DNA from: an uncultured Ignavibacteriales bacterium
GTDB lineage: Bacteria; Zixibacteria; MSB-5A5; GN15; FEB-12
Length of the DNA: 64,000 nt
Assembly: GCA_964464605.1 (NCBI GenBank)
Contig: CAYXJN010000003.1
Span: forward strand, 248,001 to 312,000
Reading direction: 5' to 3'
Shown here: in pieces, positions 30,859-39,795 of the stretch
How positions within the stretch are numbered: the stretch's first letter is position 1
Layout: every line of letters begins with the position of its first letter
The notes under the pieces: generated by a model
The model's database searches: none
What the model was told of the DNA's origin: nothing
What the model saw: the letters and a program-made list of their open reading frames with translations, nothing else
Program-made: the position numbers and the translations under genes

Positions 30859-33264
30859 ATGAAGCGCATGAGATTCTCAGTCGTCAGTCTGATTGGGGCG
30901 ATTCTTGTCGTGTTCAGCAGCTTGGCTTTCGCAGCTCCTCACACAGTCAGTTTTCAAGGCGTACTTCGCACTGCCGCCGGCGCACCGGTACCGGATGCGA
31001 GCTACGACGCCACATTCAGCCTGTACGATACACCAACCGGCGGTGTGCCGATATGGACTGAAACCCAGCCGGTGACAACAACCGGCGGACTGTTCACCTG
31101 CGAATTAGGCGCATTTGTCGATTTACTTGACTCATATGTTCATCAGACGGATGACGGTATACGATATCTGCAGATCCAGATAGTGATCAGCGGCGCCCCG
31201 GTAGTCATGTCACCGCGAACGCGTCTGAGTGACGTACCCTCTGCCATGTCGGCAAAAAGTATTAATGTCGTACGTTCAAGCGGCAGTACAACCGGTACGA
31301 TCAGAATGGTAGCAACGCCGGATTCCGTGGTTGAAACATCGAGCGTTGACAATGGCATTTCCGGCACATCTTCCAGATCATATAAGAATAACGAAAATTG
31401 CGAATGGACAATAGAGTGTCCTACCGGGTTTTCTTCCTTGACCACATCGAGCAGCGGCACCGGTCATGTGCTCTCTGGTCACATGGGCAGCACAACCGGT
31501 ACTATCAGAATGATGGCTTCGGGAGATTCAGTAGTAGAAACATCAGGTATGGAAAACGGCGCTTCTTCAAAACAATATTATAATAATGAACATTGTGTTT
31601 GGAATATTGAGTGCCCCTCAATAAGCGGCAGTACAACGGGCACCATCAGAACAGTGACAACAGGAGATTCGATTGTTGAATCTTCCTCAGTCAGTGATGG
31701 TATCACACCGGGATCTTCATCTACACAATATATAGATCGAGAACAATGTACATGGTCCGTTAAGTGCCCATCATTAACCGGCAGCACGACCGGTACTATC
31801 AGAATGCAAGCGACCGGCGATAGTGCTAGCTTCTCAGTGCAGCAAGGAGTGGATGAAGGAAATCACCGCGACGGCTGGAATTTGTTACAAGCCGATGGCA
31901 CGTTACAGATGACCGGCCGTATCACCAGTGGTTTGCCACCCGGTGAACCAGTTATAGATAATATGAGACTCAGAGTCGATCCCCTTTCCTCAAGTGTAGC
32001 TATCAACACCAAAGGAACCGGTGCGGATAAAGGTCGGACCGCCGGTATGACGGTCGATGATTTAGGTGCAATTTCGTATCTTGATATTGACGACGACGAC
32101 GACGGTGTATCAGACGCAAGTATCACGCAATCCTGCACCCCTACCGTAACCAAATTGGCGATTAAGACCAAAGGCACCAGCGCCCAGCGAAGTGTGCATA
32201 CAGTTGAAACCGATATAGATGGTGATGGCACATATGATATGTCGGTAGAAAACGGCACCGATCACAATGGTGCTGAGATTCGGTTGAACGGCCTGCCACC
32301 CGGTGAGCCAGTCATTGGAACATTAGTTATCAGCACGAATGGAGATACATCAAGAGTTTCAGCTTCCAGCCGTTTTGGCTCCGGCCCGCGTCAGACTACT
32401 TCAATGGATGGCTCCTTTGAAAGCTCCAGCATGGAATGCAAGACTGATGTGGATGATGACGGAGATGGTGATGGCGGCATACAATGTAAATCGATTGAAA
32501 CACGCGCGACCTTAAAAACTTATTATGAAAACGGTGATATTCCTACCGAAGAGCAAAGCTTCGTTACTCATACTGCCGATGCTGACAGCGCACACACGGA
32601 AATGCAGACTCGCCTCAATGGCCTGCCGCCCGGTGAACCGGTTATCGGAACGCTCACAATGACGACCTCGTCAAGCAGTTCGTCGCTTTCCATGGGTAAT
32701 CCGGAAAGCAAAAACATTGGACTCTATGTTTCTTCCGTGACCGGACAATGTATGATGACGATGATGGATGATGGCGGAGGCGGTGTCGGCTCTACCCCGG
32801 AAACGACGATTGTTATCGACGCACATGCGAAACGTTTTGGAATTGGTGTTGCTAATCCGTCCCATCCGATAGATCATTCCAGCGGCGCCAAATTAACTGA
32901 CGCCGGTGATTGGGTGAACGCATCGAGCGAAAAATTGAAAGAAAACTTCGAAGCAGTGAACGGCGCGGAAGTGCTGGAAAAAATCGAAGATCTTTCCGTC
33001 ACTCGCTGGAACTACAAAGCGGATGATGACAATATCACCCATATCGGCCCAACGGCGGAAGCATTCCACGATGCTTTCAAAACCGGTGAGAGTGATAAGG
33101 CAATTTCTACTATCGATCCCTCCGGTGTTGCACTGGTAGCGATCAAGGAATTGTCCAAACGAAACAAACAGCTTGAAAAGCAGAACGAACAGCTGCAAAA
33201 GCAGCTTGCGGACCTGCAAAAAGCGGTTGATAAACTGTTGAAACAGACTGAAAAGGGCCGCTAA
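30859..33264 (+). CDS. Secreted fibre-like protein with internal repeats and a C-terminal peptidase S74-type intramolecular chaperone plus coiled coil
   Basis: Signal peptide ending AFA. N-domain P..VSFQG.L...G.P..YD.TF.LY...GG..W.ETQ. C-terminal ASSEKLKEN..L..I..L....WNYK..HIGP.AE followed by a heptad coil. AGGAG RBS. Confidence 0.78.
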   Translation: MKRMRFSVVSLIGAILVVFSSLAFAAPHTVSFQGVLRTAAGAPVPDASYDATFSLYDTPTGGVPIWTETQPVTTTGGLFTCELGAFVDLLDSYVHQTDDGIRYLQIQIVISGAPVVMSPRTRLSDVPSAMSAKSINVVRSSGSTTGTIRMVATPDSVVETSSVDNGISGTSSRSYKNNENCEWTIECPTGFSSLTTSSSGTGHVLSGHMGSTTGTIRMMASGDSVVETSGMENGASSKQYYNNEHCVWNIECPSISGSTTGTIRTVTTGDSIVESSSVSDGITPGSSSTQYIDREQCTWSVKCPSLTGSTTGTIRMQATGDSASFSVQQGVDEGNHRDGWNLLQADGTLQMTGRITSGLPPGEPVIDNMRLRVDPLSSSVAINTKGTGADKGRTAGMTVDDLGAISYLDIDDDDDGVSDASITQSCTPTVTKLAIKTKGTSAQRSVHTVETDIDGDGTYDMSVENGTDHNGAEIRLNGLPPGEPVIGTLVISTNGDTSRVSASSRFGSGPRQTTSMDGSFESSSMECKTDVDDDGDGDGGIQCKSIETRATLKTYYENGDIPTEEQSFVTHTADADSAHTEMQTRLNGLPPGEPVIGTLTMTTSSSSSSLSMGNPESKNIGLYVSSVTGQCMMTMMDDGGGGVGSTPETTIVIDAHAKRFGIGVANPSHPIDHSSGAKLTDAGDWVNASSEKLKENFEAVNGAEVLEKIEDLSVTRWNYKADDDNITHIGPTAEAFHDAFKTGESDKAISTIDPSGVALVAIKELSKRNKQLEKQNEQLQKQLADLQKAVDKLLKQTEKGR

Positions 33265-33318
33265 ATTTGAGCTTTCAAACTGCCTGAAAATCGATATATT
33301 TCGGGCTGGAGATAGAGC

Positions 33319-33993
33319 ATGATAAAACAAACGCACTCTATAAGAAAACAACTGCTCGTGCTGGTTTGCATTTTTGCCGTGTTTGCGGTGGGAATCAGCG
33401 TTGCCAAACCTGAACGTGAAAAAAGGGCGGAGACAAAGAAGCCGACCACCAAAGTAGCGCCGACCAAACCGAGAACAGAGCCTCCTGCGCAAACACCGTC
33501 CACTACTCCTCCGCAGGAACAGCCACAAGCTATTCCTGACACCACGACACAAACGCCGACCAATATCCCTGCTAAAGAACAACCGGTAACGGATGCAACT
33601 GCTTCCATGACCGGTGAGCAGATCAAATGGCAGGTGATATCAGGCGGCGGCGTGAGTAGCTCTTCCGCAAGCTACAAACTGAATGCAACGCTTGGACAAA
33701 CAGCGGTTGGCATTACTTCAAGCCCTTCATATAAAGTAAGTCAGGGGTTCTGGTATTCCGGATCAACCGGTTGCTGTATCAATCGTCGCGGTAATGTGAA
33801 CAACAGCGTGGGTGATGGCGTGACCGTCGCTGATCTGACCTTCTTGGTTCAGTATCTGTTCAACGGTGGTCCGACTCCGGTATGTACGGAAGAAGCAAAT
33901 GTGAACGGCCTCGCCGGTATTACGGTTGCGGATCTGACGTATTTGGTACAGTTCCTCTTCAATGGTGGCCAGCAACCACCCTTGTGCCCATAA
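33319..33993 (+). CDS. Secreted protein with Pro/Thr-rich linker, small beta-domain and dockerin-like C-terminus
   Basis: Signal peptide, PT-rich stretch, IKWQVISGGG..Y.L..TLGQ..SQGFW, CC..RGNVN..VTVADLTFLVQYLF and a second ADLTYLVQFLF repeat. Confidence 0.8.
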   Translation: MIKQTHSIRKQLLVLVCIFAVFAVGISVAKPEREKRAETKKPTTKVAPTKPRTEPPAQTPSTTPPQEQPQAIPDTTTQTPTNIPAKEQPVTDATASMTGEQIKWQVISGGGVSSSSASYKLNATLGQTAVGITSSPSYKVSQGFWYSGSTGCCINRRGNVNNSVGDGVTVADLTFLVQYLFNGGPTPVCTEEANVNGLAGITVADLTYLVQFLFNGGQQPPLCP

Positions 33994-34020
33994 TCGAAAC
34001 ATACTGTCTTCTTGTAGAAC

Positions 34021-34051
34021 AGCCTGCTGCTTAAACACAGCAGGCTATTTT
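34021..34051 (+). terminator. Intrinsic terminator
   Basis: AGCCTGCTG-loop-CAGCAGGCT followed by ATTTT. Confidence 0.7.
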
Positions 34052-34095
34052 ATTGTGTTGGCTTTTGTCGCTGATGGCTGTACTATCACAATTGT

Positions 34096-35313
34096 ATGTG
34101 GGAAACAATCACACGACAAATCAGCGAAGCGGTTGCCTTACCGGAAGTACAATACCCGCTGCTCATCTTTTTGTTGTTCGTTCTTCCGAAATTGCTCGAA
34201 CGGATCAAGATTCCTTCGGGCATTACCGCATTTCTCATGGGAGCGGCCTGCAGTTTGGGTACTGACTGGTTCCATGGTGACCCAACGATCTCATTCTTAG
34301 CGACGCTCGGTATTATTTCGCTGTTCCTCTTTGCCGGAATGGAAGTTGATTTGGCTGAAATAAAACAGCAGCGTTCTTCGCTGCTTGTGTATGTTTTCGT
34401 GCTATTGGGGCTCTTAGCGGTATCGGCGTTTATCATTAAAACCACGCTTGCGCTTTCGTTTCGCCCGGCGCTTTTGTTTGCACTCGCCCTTTTGACTCCT
34501 TCTGCAGGCTTTATTCTCGACTCACTGCAATCCGGATCATTGAACGATCACCAGCGATCCTGGATCCGATCAAAAGTCATCGCATTCGAGCTTGCCGCTC
34601 TGGCGGTTATGTTCTTCTGTCTGCAATCAATCAGTCCTACCCAGCTGCTTTTGTCACTGGCGGGAATGACCGGAATGATTTTGTTCCTGCCGGTTCTGTT
34701 CCGGATGTTTGCCAAGCGGATTGCCCCGTACGCACCCCGATCGGAATTCGCTTTTTTGCTGATGGTCGCAATTCTTTCCGGATTACTAACCAGCAAACTC
34801 GGCGCATACTATTTGATCGGCGCGTTCGTTGTCGGAATGGTTGCACAGCGATATGAAACTCTGCTGCCGGACTTGAAATCACATCAAATGATCGACACGC
34901 TCAAATTCTTTTCCGGATTCTTCATCCCGTTTTACTTTTTTAAAGCAGGAACGTTGATATCCGCTGACAGCATATCGGTCGATGCGCTCTTGATTGCTGC
35001 AAGTTTAATTGCTATGGGCACACCCGTTCGCATCGGGTTCACGCTGGCTCACCGGTATCTTTTGCACAAAGAAACATATTCGATCAGCCTGCCGATTGCG
35101 TTCCGGCTTTTACCCACGTTAGTATTTGGTTTGGTCCTGGCAGAAATTCTAAAAGATAAATTCTCTCTCTCCCCTGCATTGCATGGTAGTCTGATTCTCT
35201 ATACCATCGCTACAACAATGATTCCGACGTTGTTTAACAAATGGATGCCGAAAGGTGAAACAGTTGAAAATTATTCATCATATGAAAAGATGATATCGGG
35301 AGAACTGAAATAA
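34096..35313 (+). CDS. Cation:proton antiporter family membrane protein
   Basis: Multi-TM protein with LFLFAGMEVD, IGAFVVG and FFIPFYFF motifs. Confidence 0.8.
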   Translation: MWETITRQISEAVALPEVQYPLLIFLLFVLPKLLERIKIPSGITAFLMGAACSLGTDWFHGDPTISFLATLGIISLFLFAGMEVDLAEIKQQRSSLLVYVFVLLGLLAVSAFIIKTTLALSFRPALLFALALLTPSAGFILDSLQSGSLNDHQRSWIRSKVIAFELAALAVMFFCLQSISPTQLLLSLAGMTGMILFLPVLFRMFAKRIAPYAPRSEFAFLLMVAILSGLLTSKLGAYYLIGAFVVGMVAQRYETLLPDLKSHQMIDTLKFFSGFFIPFYFFKAGTLISADSISVDALLIAASLIAMGTPVRIGFTLAHRYLLHKETYSISLPIAFRLLPTLVFGLVLAEILKDKFSLSPALHGSLILYTIATTMIPTLFNKWMPKGETVENYSSYEKMISGELK

Positions 35314-35314
35314 A

Positions 35315-35387
35315 TGCGCCATCAGGGACTCGAACCCCGGACCTACTGATTAAGAGTCAGCTGCTCTACCAACTGAGCTAATGGCGC
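35315..35387 (-). tRNA. tRNA-Lys (anticodon CUU), CCA not encoded
   Basis: Reverse complement reads GCGCCATTAGCTCAGTTGGTAGAGCAGCTGACTCTTAATCAGTAGGTCCGGGGTTCGAGTCCCTGATGGCGCA, a full cloverleaf. Confidence 0.97.
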
Positions 35388-35411
35388 AGATAGTGTAAAA
35401 CTAAGGCGCCT

Positions 35412-35439
35412 AATATACACACCCCAGCCGCCGCCGCAA
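35412..35439 (-). promoter_or_regulatory. Sigma70 promoter of tRNA-Lys
   Basis: TTGCGG-16 nt GC-rich spacer-TATATT on the minus strand, the same layout as the tRNA-Glu promoter. Confidence 0.55.
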
Positions 35440-35463
35440 GTGGCGGAAAACCTAATTTCGACG

Positions 35464-37899
35464 CTAAAATTCCAGCCCCAAATTCAGGTATAATTCCTCT
35501 TCCTCTTTATCCGCAAAGCCATAGCCGAATTCAAACGGCCCAAGCGGAGAATCCCACGCGATAAACCCGCCGATTCCCGCCCGAAACTTATTCACCTTTA
35601 TTTCATCGATACCGGAATAGGTGTTCCCCACATCCCCCCGGATACTGGCGAAAAACTTGTACGGCAAATTGAATCGCAGCTCCCCGCCGAATTGCAACAG
35701 TTTTTCGCCGGAAAGCTCGAACCCCCGAAATCCGACAAATGAACGCGCGCCACCCAAAAAGAACCGTTCAGAGGGTGGTAGTCCTGAACGGGAAAGCCCG
35801 ATCGCAGCCCGCGGATGAAAGGTCATAAATGAATTCAACAGTGTTATGTACCCATCGTACGAGGAATAAAACCGTAAATACTCAACCTTACCGCCGAACA
35901 ATTTTCCCGCCGAAACCAATTGCGCCTGATATCTGCTTCCGGATTTCGGAAACGGCACCCGATCGAAATTTTCAAATGATGATTCCAGTGTCAACGCGCG
36001 CAGTCCAAACGTGGATGTACTTCCGCCTTGTTCATATTTGATATCCTGAACCGATATACCGCCGGTTACGATTCCCAATCGCGTTACCTGCTGGCCGAGC
36101 GTGAAATCGGCACCGGTGCGCCGTTCGAACCGAAAATCATCAATTGCCGCCTCGGTACCGTATAGCGAACGATACAATCGGTCATGGTAAACACGCAGTT
36201 TCGCCGTTAAATACGTAAACCAGATTCGATCTAATTTCAGGCTGCTGAAATAGACCTGATGGTCGGGTGCATATTGCGCATGATTTATCCATTGCAAGCC
36301 GATCCCGTTGATATTGTCATCAAGCAGTTCAATAAACTGCTCCGACTCAAAATCATCATCCCAATGCCATCCGATGCGCATCTGCGTGTATGTTTTTTCC
36401 TCCACACGAAGCGTGACTTCCGCACCCGATTCTTTTGAGGTAACATCCAATCCTACCCGGCTGTACAAATCAGTACTGTAAATATCGGAGATCCCCTTAA
36501 CGACATCTGCCGATGACAGCCACGCACCTTTAGTCAGCGGAAACCGGGAACGAACAAACCAGGCGCGTGTGCGCCGATTTCCGGCGACACCGATATTGAC
36601 AATAATCCCTTCATTCACATAAAACGTTACTTTTTTTGAAAGGGTATCAAGAGCAATAGAATCTATATGCGCAAAATCGTATCCACTGCGCAGGTAATGC
36701 GCGATAATTGATTCTCCGGTCAGCTTGCAAGCCTCGTGAGTGACAGTGCCGTTACACCAGGCGCTTCCGGCAAACAACGCGCTGTCGGAAAAAAGGGTGT
36801 TTCCTTCGATAACCAAGCTTGCATCTTCGCATTTGAATCCGGGGGAAAACAGATTCACCGGAAGGATGTCGGTATCAGGTGAATCTGCGTTTCGTTTGCT
36901 CTGAGCCAGCTTAGTTATCAGCGGAATCGCATTTTTACCCGCTTCATAACCGGCTTGAACCATCTCCTCGATTTGGCTGAAATCGATAAATTTGGATTCA
37001 GTCAGTGATGGTGTTATCACCAAATCGGCCATCGACAATTGCCGCTGGAGCTGATCGGCGGTCATGATACTGGTAACTTGATTGGCGATGTCTATGGGGC
37101 TGGATAATTGCTCTTTATCAAGCATCGGGGATACGGTATTCACAGCAACGACAACCGCACAGCTATCGTTGGCCATCTGCTTGACAATTTCGACCGGAAC
37201 CGGGATCAGCATCCCCCCATCCATCAGTAACTGCGAATCATGCTCAACGCCGGTAAACGCTAACGGAAAGGCTACGGCCGCGCGCATCGCATCGGCCAAT
37301 GTTCCGTGATCCAAAATTACCAGTTCTCCGGACACGACATCGGTGGCGACCGTTTTGTACGGAATCACTAAACGAGAAAAATCATTGCGGCAGCGATAAT
37401 CGGCAGCGGCGGTCAGTTCGGTCAATTCTTCCGACAACTGCTGCCCGGCGGTAACTGCCTGCGGAATAACCGGGGTCAGGCCACGAAAACGGATCGACAA
37501 CAGATGCTTGTCCCGATCCTGACGCTGCGTCAAAAACATCGTCTGTCGCGGAGGAGCGTTGCCCAATAGAGAATTGAAATCGAAGTTTTTGACTATCTGG
37601 TTAATCGAATCCGCTTTGTATCCGGCGGCATACAACCCGGCAATAACGCTGCCGATCGATGTGCCGCTTAGTGCTGTAATCCGAATATTATTTTCTTCGA
37701 ATGCTTTCAAAAGCCCGATTGCCGAAAGTCCTCGTGCCCCCCCGCCGGATAAGGCCAATGCGATACGGGGCTGAACGGCATTACCTGTCGTCGCGATGCT
37801 GTCAGCGGCGGATTGGGTCTCATCAGCGGCAAAAATCCCCGATATCAGTATCAGAAAACAAAAGAACGAGGCAAAAAAGAGAGTTTTCACTTGCATCAT
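35464..37899 (-). CDS. Patatin-like phospholipase fused to POTRA and an Omp85 barrel (PlpD/type Vd-like)
   Basis: LSGGGARG, GTSIG, DGG, POTRA-like GNRRTR..VR, C-terminal Phe. Confidence 0.88.
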   Translation of the reverse strand: MMQVKTLFFASFFCFLILISGIFAADETQSAADSIATTGNAVQPRIALALSGGGARGLSAIGLLKAFEENNIRITALSGTSIGSVIAGLYAAGYKADSINQIVKNFDFNSLLGNAPPRQTMFLTQRQDRDKHLLSIRFRGLTPVIPQAVTAGQQLSEELTELTAAADYRCRNDFSRLVIPYKTVATDVVSGELVILDHGTLADAMRAAVAFPLAFTGVEHDSQLLMDGGMLIPVPVEIVKQMANDSCAVVVAVNTVSPMLDKEQLSSPIDIANQVTSIMTADQLQRQLSMADLVITPSLTESKFIDFSQIEEMVQAGYEAGKNAIPLITKLAQSKRNADSPDTDILPVNLFSPGFKCEDASLVIEGNTLFSDSALFAGSAWCNGTVTHEACKLTGESIIAHYLRSGYDFAHIDSIALDTLSKKVTFYVNEGIIVNIGVAGNRRTRAWFVRSRFPLTKGAWLSSADVVKGISDIYSTDLYSRVGLDVTSKESGAEVTLRVEEKTYTQMRIGWHWDDDFESEQFIELLDDNINGIGLQWINHAQYAPDHQVYFSSLKLDRIWFTYLTAKLRVYHDRLYRSLYGTEAAIDDFRFERRTGADFTLGQQVTRLGIVTGGISVQDIKYEQGGSTSTFGLRALTLESSFENFDRVPFPKSGSRYQAQLVSAGKLFGGKVEYLRFYSSYDGYITLLNSFMTFHPRAAIGLSRSGLPPSERFFLGGARSFVGFRGFELSGEKLLQFGGELRFNLPYKFFASIRGDVGNTYSGIDEIKVNKFRAGIGGFIAWDSPLGPFEFGYGFADKEEEELYLNLGLEF

Positions 37900-37952
37900 T
37901 ACTACTGTGACAAATTCATTGGTTTCACGATACGACAGAAGGTTAACGTTAT

Positions 37953-38741
37953 ATGCCACTTACCAAAGCTGAATTCAAACATATACAACAACTTTTGACA
38001 AAAAAAGGACGAAAGGAACAGGGTCGCTTTTTAGTTAGCGGAACCCGCCTTTTGGAAGAGGCAGTCCGACACCGTTTTCGCCCCGAATTGGTGCTCTATT
38101 CTGCCGATGAACTCCCCGATCGCAGTGAAGCGCTGGTTCAGTCGTTTCAGTCAAAAAAAATCAAAACCGAACAGATCAGCGCCCGTGAGTTAAACCAATT
38201 GGCCGATACGGTAACACCGCAAGGGTTGGCGGCAGTCTTTATCCCTCCACAGCATTCGGCTGAGGAATTTTTCCGTTCTCAATCCCGTACCATGCTTGTA
38301 TGCGAGAACGTTTCCGATCCCGGCAATGTAGGCACTCTCTGCCGTTCGGCACTGGCTTTCGGATGCGACACCGTGATAACCCTCGGCAGCACCTGCGAGC
38401 CGTATTCCCCAAAAGTCGTCAGATCATCTGCCGGAGCGGTATTCGGACTGAAAATAGCGCCAGTTACTTCCGATGAGCTTTTCTTGTGGCGTGACAGGTA
38501 TAATGCCTTCATATTGGCTGGCGATATCAACGGGAGAGCAATGAACAAAAACCTGCTTGAAAAAGCCGGGAAACGTCCGTTGATAGTCTGTGTCGGTTCG
38601 GAAGCTGACGGCCTTTCCGATGCCCTAAAACAGAAAGCGGATTATTTGGTGAAAATCGTCCATGAACCGACTGTAGAATCGCTTAACGCCGCCATGGCCG
38701 GTACGATTTTGCTGCATGATATTTATGAAACAACACGGTAA
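37953..38741 (+). CDS. TrmH/SpoU-family RNA methyltransferase
   Basis: DPGNVGTLCRS, GSEADG, ESLNAAMA. Confidence 0.92.
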   Translation: MPLTKAEFKHIQQLLTKKGRKEQGRFLVSGTRLLEEAVRHRFRPELVLYSADELPDRSEALVQSFQSKKIKTEQISARELNQLADTVTPQGLAAVFIPPQHSAEEFFRSQSRTMLVCENVSDPGNVGTLCRSALAFGCDTVITLGSTCEPYSPKVVRSSAGAVFGLKIAPVTSDELFLWRDRYNAFILAGDINGRAMNKNLLEKAGKRPLIVCVGSEADGLSDALKQKADYLVKIVHEPTVESLNAAMAGTILLHDIYETTR

Positions 38742-39792
38742 ACAGATTTTTGGCATTGCCTTCTTGGTACTCTGCTGTCTCTTCGACTCCGCCTATTCAC
38801 AGGCGTTACAGCAGGATTCAAACGGATTCGTCACCGAACCACAGGATTATGTTATCCCTGCCAATAAAATTCGCGTTATTCGGATCAATGCCGACGAAAT
38901 CCTTTCCGGAGAAATCAGCGTCATCGCGGTCAACGAGCAAAAGTACTCGCTGCAACTGACCAAAGAAATTCATGTCACCAACCGTACTACAGCCGGAAAA
39001 TACGCCGACAATATTCTCACTACCTTCACGCCGAAACAGGACACGGTAGAGCTGCGGTTAACGGCAACAAAACCAACCCCATGGAACAATGACACGACGG
39101 TGGTCAGCATTTCCGTTGAACTTACCATACCAAAGCAGTGCAACCTGGTTGTGGATGCACCCCGTTTTACCCTTTCCGCCGAAGGCCCGCTTACTTCCGT
39201 TATCAATACTACCTCCCGGCGTGAGATGGAGATATTCAGTGTCGACGGCAAAGTCGATGTCCGCAGCACGGGTGGGTTTGTATCGATAGAACAGATAAAC
39301 GGGGAAATCTCTGTTGCAAATGAAGCAGGAAAACTGGAAGCTCGTGACATTGTCTGCCGCTCCGGCAGCGGACAATTTCGAAATGAAGGAGGGGATATGT
39401 TTCTTGAAAACATTACCGGATCGATATCGCTCAAAAGTGTTTCCGGAAAAGTGGAGATAAGCGGATTCGAACCCTCCACGACTGAGCGCAGTTATATTTC
39501 CAATTCTCAAGGCCCAATTTTACTCGAACTCAAAAAAATCAACGCCGGCGATATAGCGATAACGAACCGTGATGATGATATCGAGCTGCGCGTACCGACT
39601 GAATTATCAGCCATGCTATCGCTCGCGGTCGATCAATCAAGCCGTATTGAAGTATCCAATTTGCAGATAATTCCTGAACTTGTTTTGCCGAACCGCCTTG
39701 GCTTACGGATGAAAGAAGGCAGTGTGCAGCTTAACAGCACCGCTCGCGGCAGCGGTAACATCTTTGTACGAGGAGTCGAAAGTGAAGATTAG
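38725..39792 (+). CDS. Secreted beta-strand-repeat protein (DUF4097-like)
   Basis: Signal peptide and repeated G.(V/I).(V/L)...G.(V/I) beta repeats. Confidence 0.6.
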   Translation: MKQHGKQIFGIAFLVLCCLFDSAYSQALQQDSNGFVTEPQDYVIPANKIRVIRINADEILSGEISVIAVNEQKYSLQLTKEIHVTNRTTAGKYADNILTTFTPKQDTVELRLTATKPTPWNNDTTVVSISVELTIPKQCNLVVDAPRFTLSAEGPLTSVINTTSRREMEIFSVDGKVDVRSTGGFVSIEQINGEISVANEAGKLEARDIVCRSGSGQFRNEGGDMFLENITGSISLKSVSGKVEISGFEPSTTERSYISNSQGPILLELKKINAGDIAITNRDDDIELRVPTELSAMLSLAVDQSSRIEVSNLQIIPELVLPNRLGLRMKEGSVQLNSTARGSGNIFVRGVESED

Positions 39793-39795
39793 CAG

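Noticed and set aside
30859..33264. Prophage or contractile injection system
   Set aside because: No capsid, sheath, tube, baseplate or integrase genes are present, and the protein has a Sec signal peptide.
32893..33582. 229-aa minus-strand ORF and similar shadow ORFs (40253-40945, 44562-45191, 51744-52373)
   Set aside because: They are antisense or out-of-frame overlaps of well-supported genes and show no recognisable motifs.
27084..33993. Diversity-generating retroelement targeting the lectin or fibre
   Set aside because: No reverse transcriptase is present, and I found no near-identical template/variable repeat pair differing at adenines.
26805..35387. Genomic island integrated at tRNA-Lys
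   Set aside because: No integrase, and no duplicated tRNA 3' end was seen at the other boundary.
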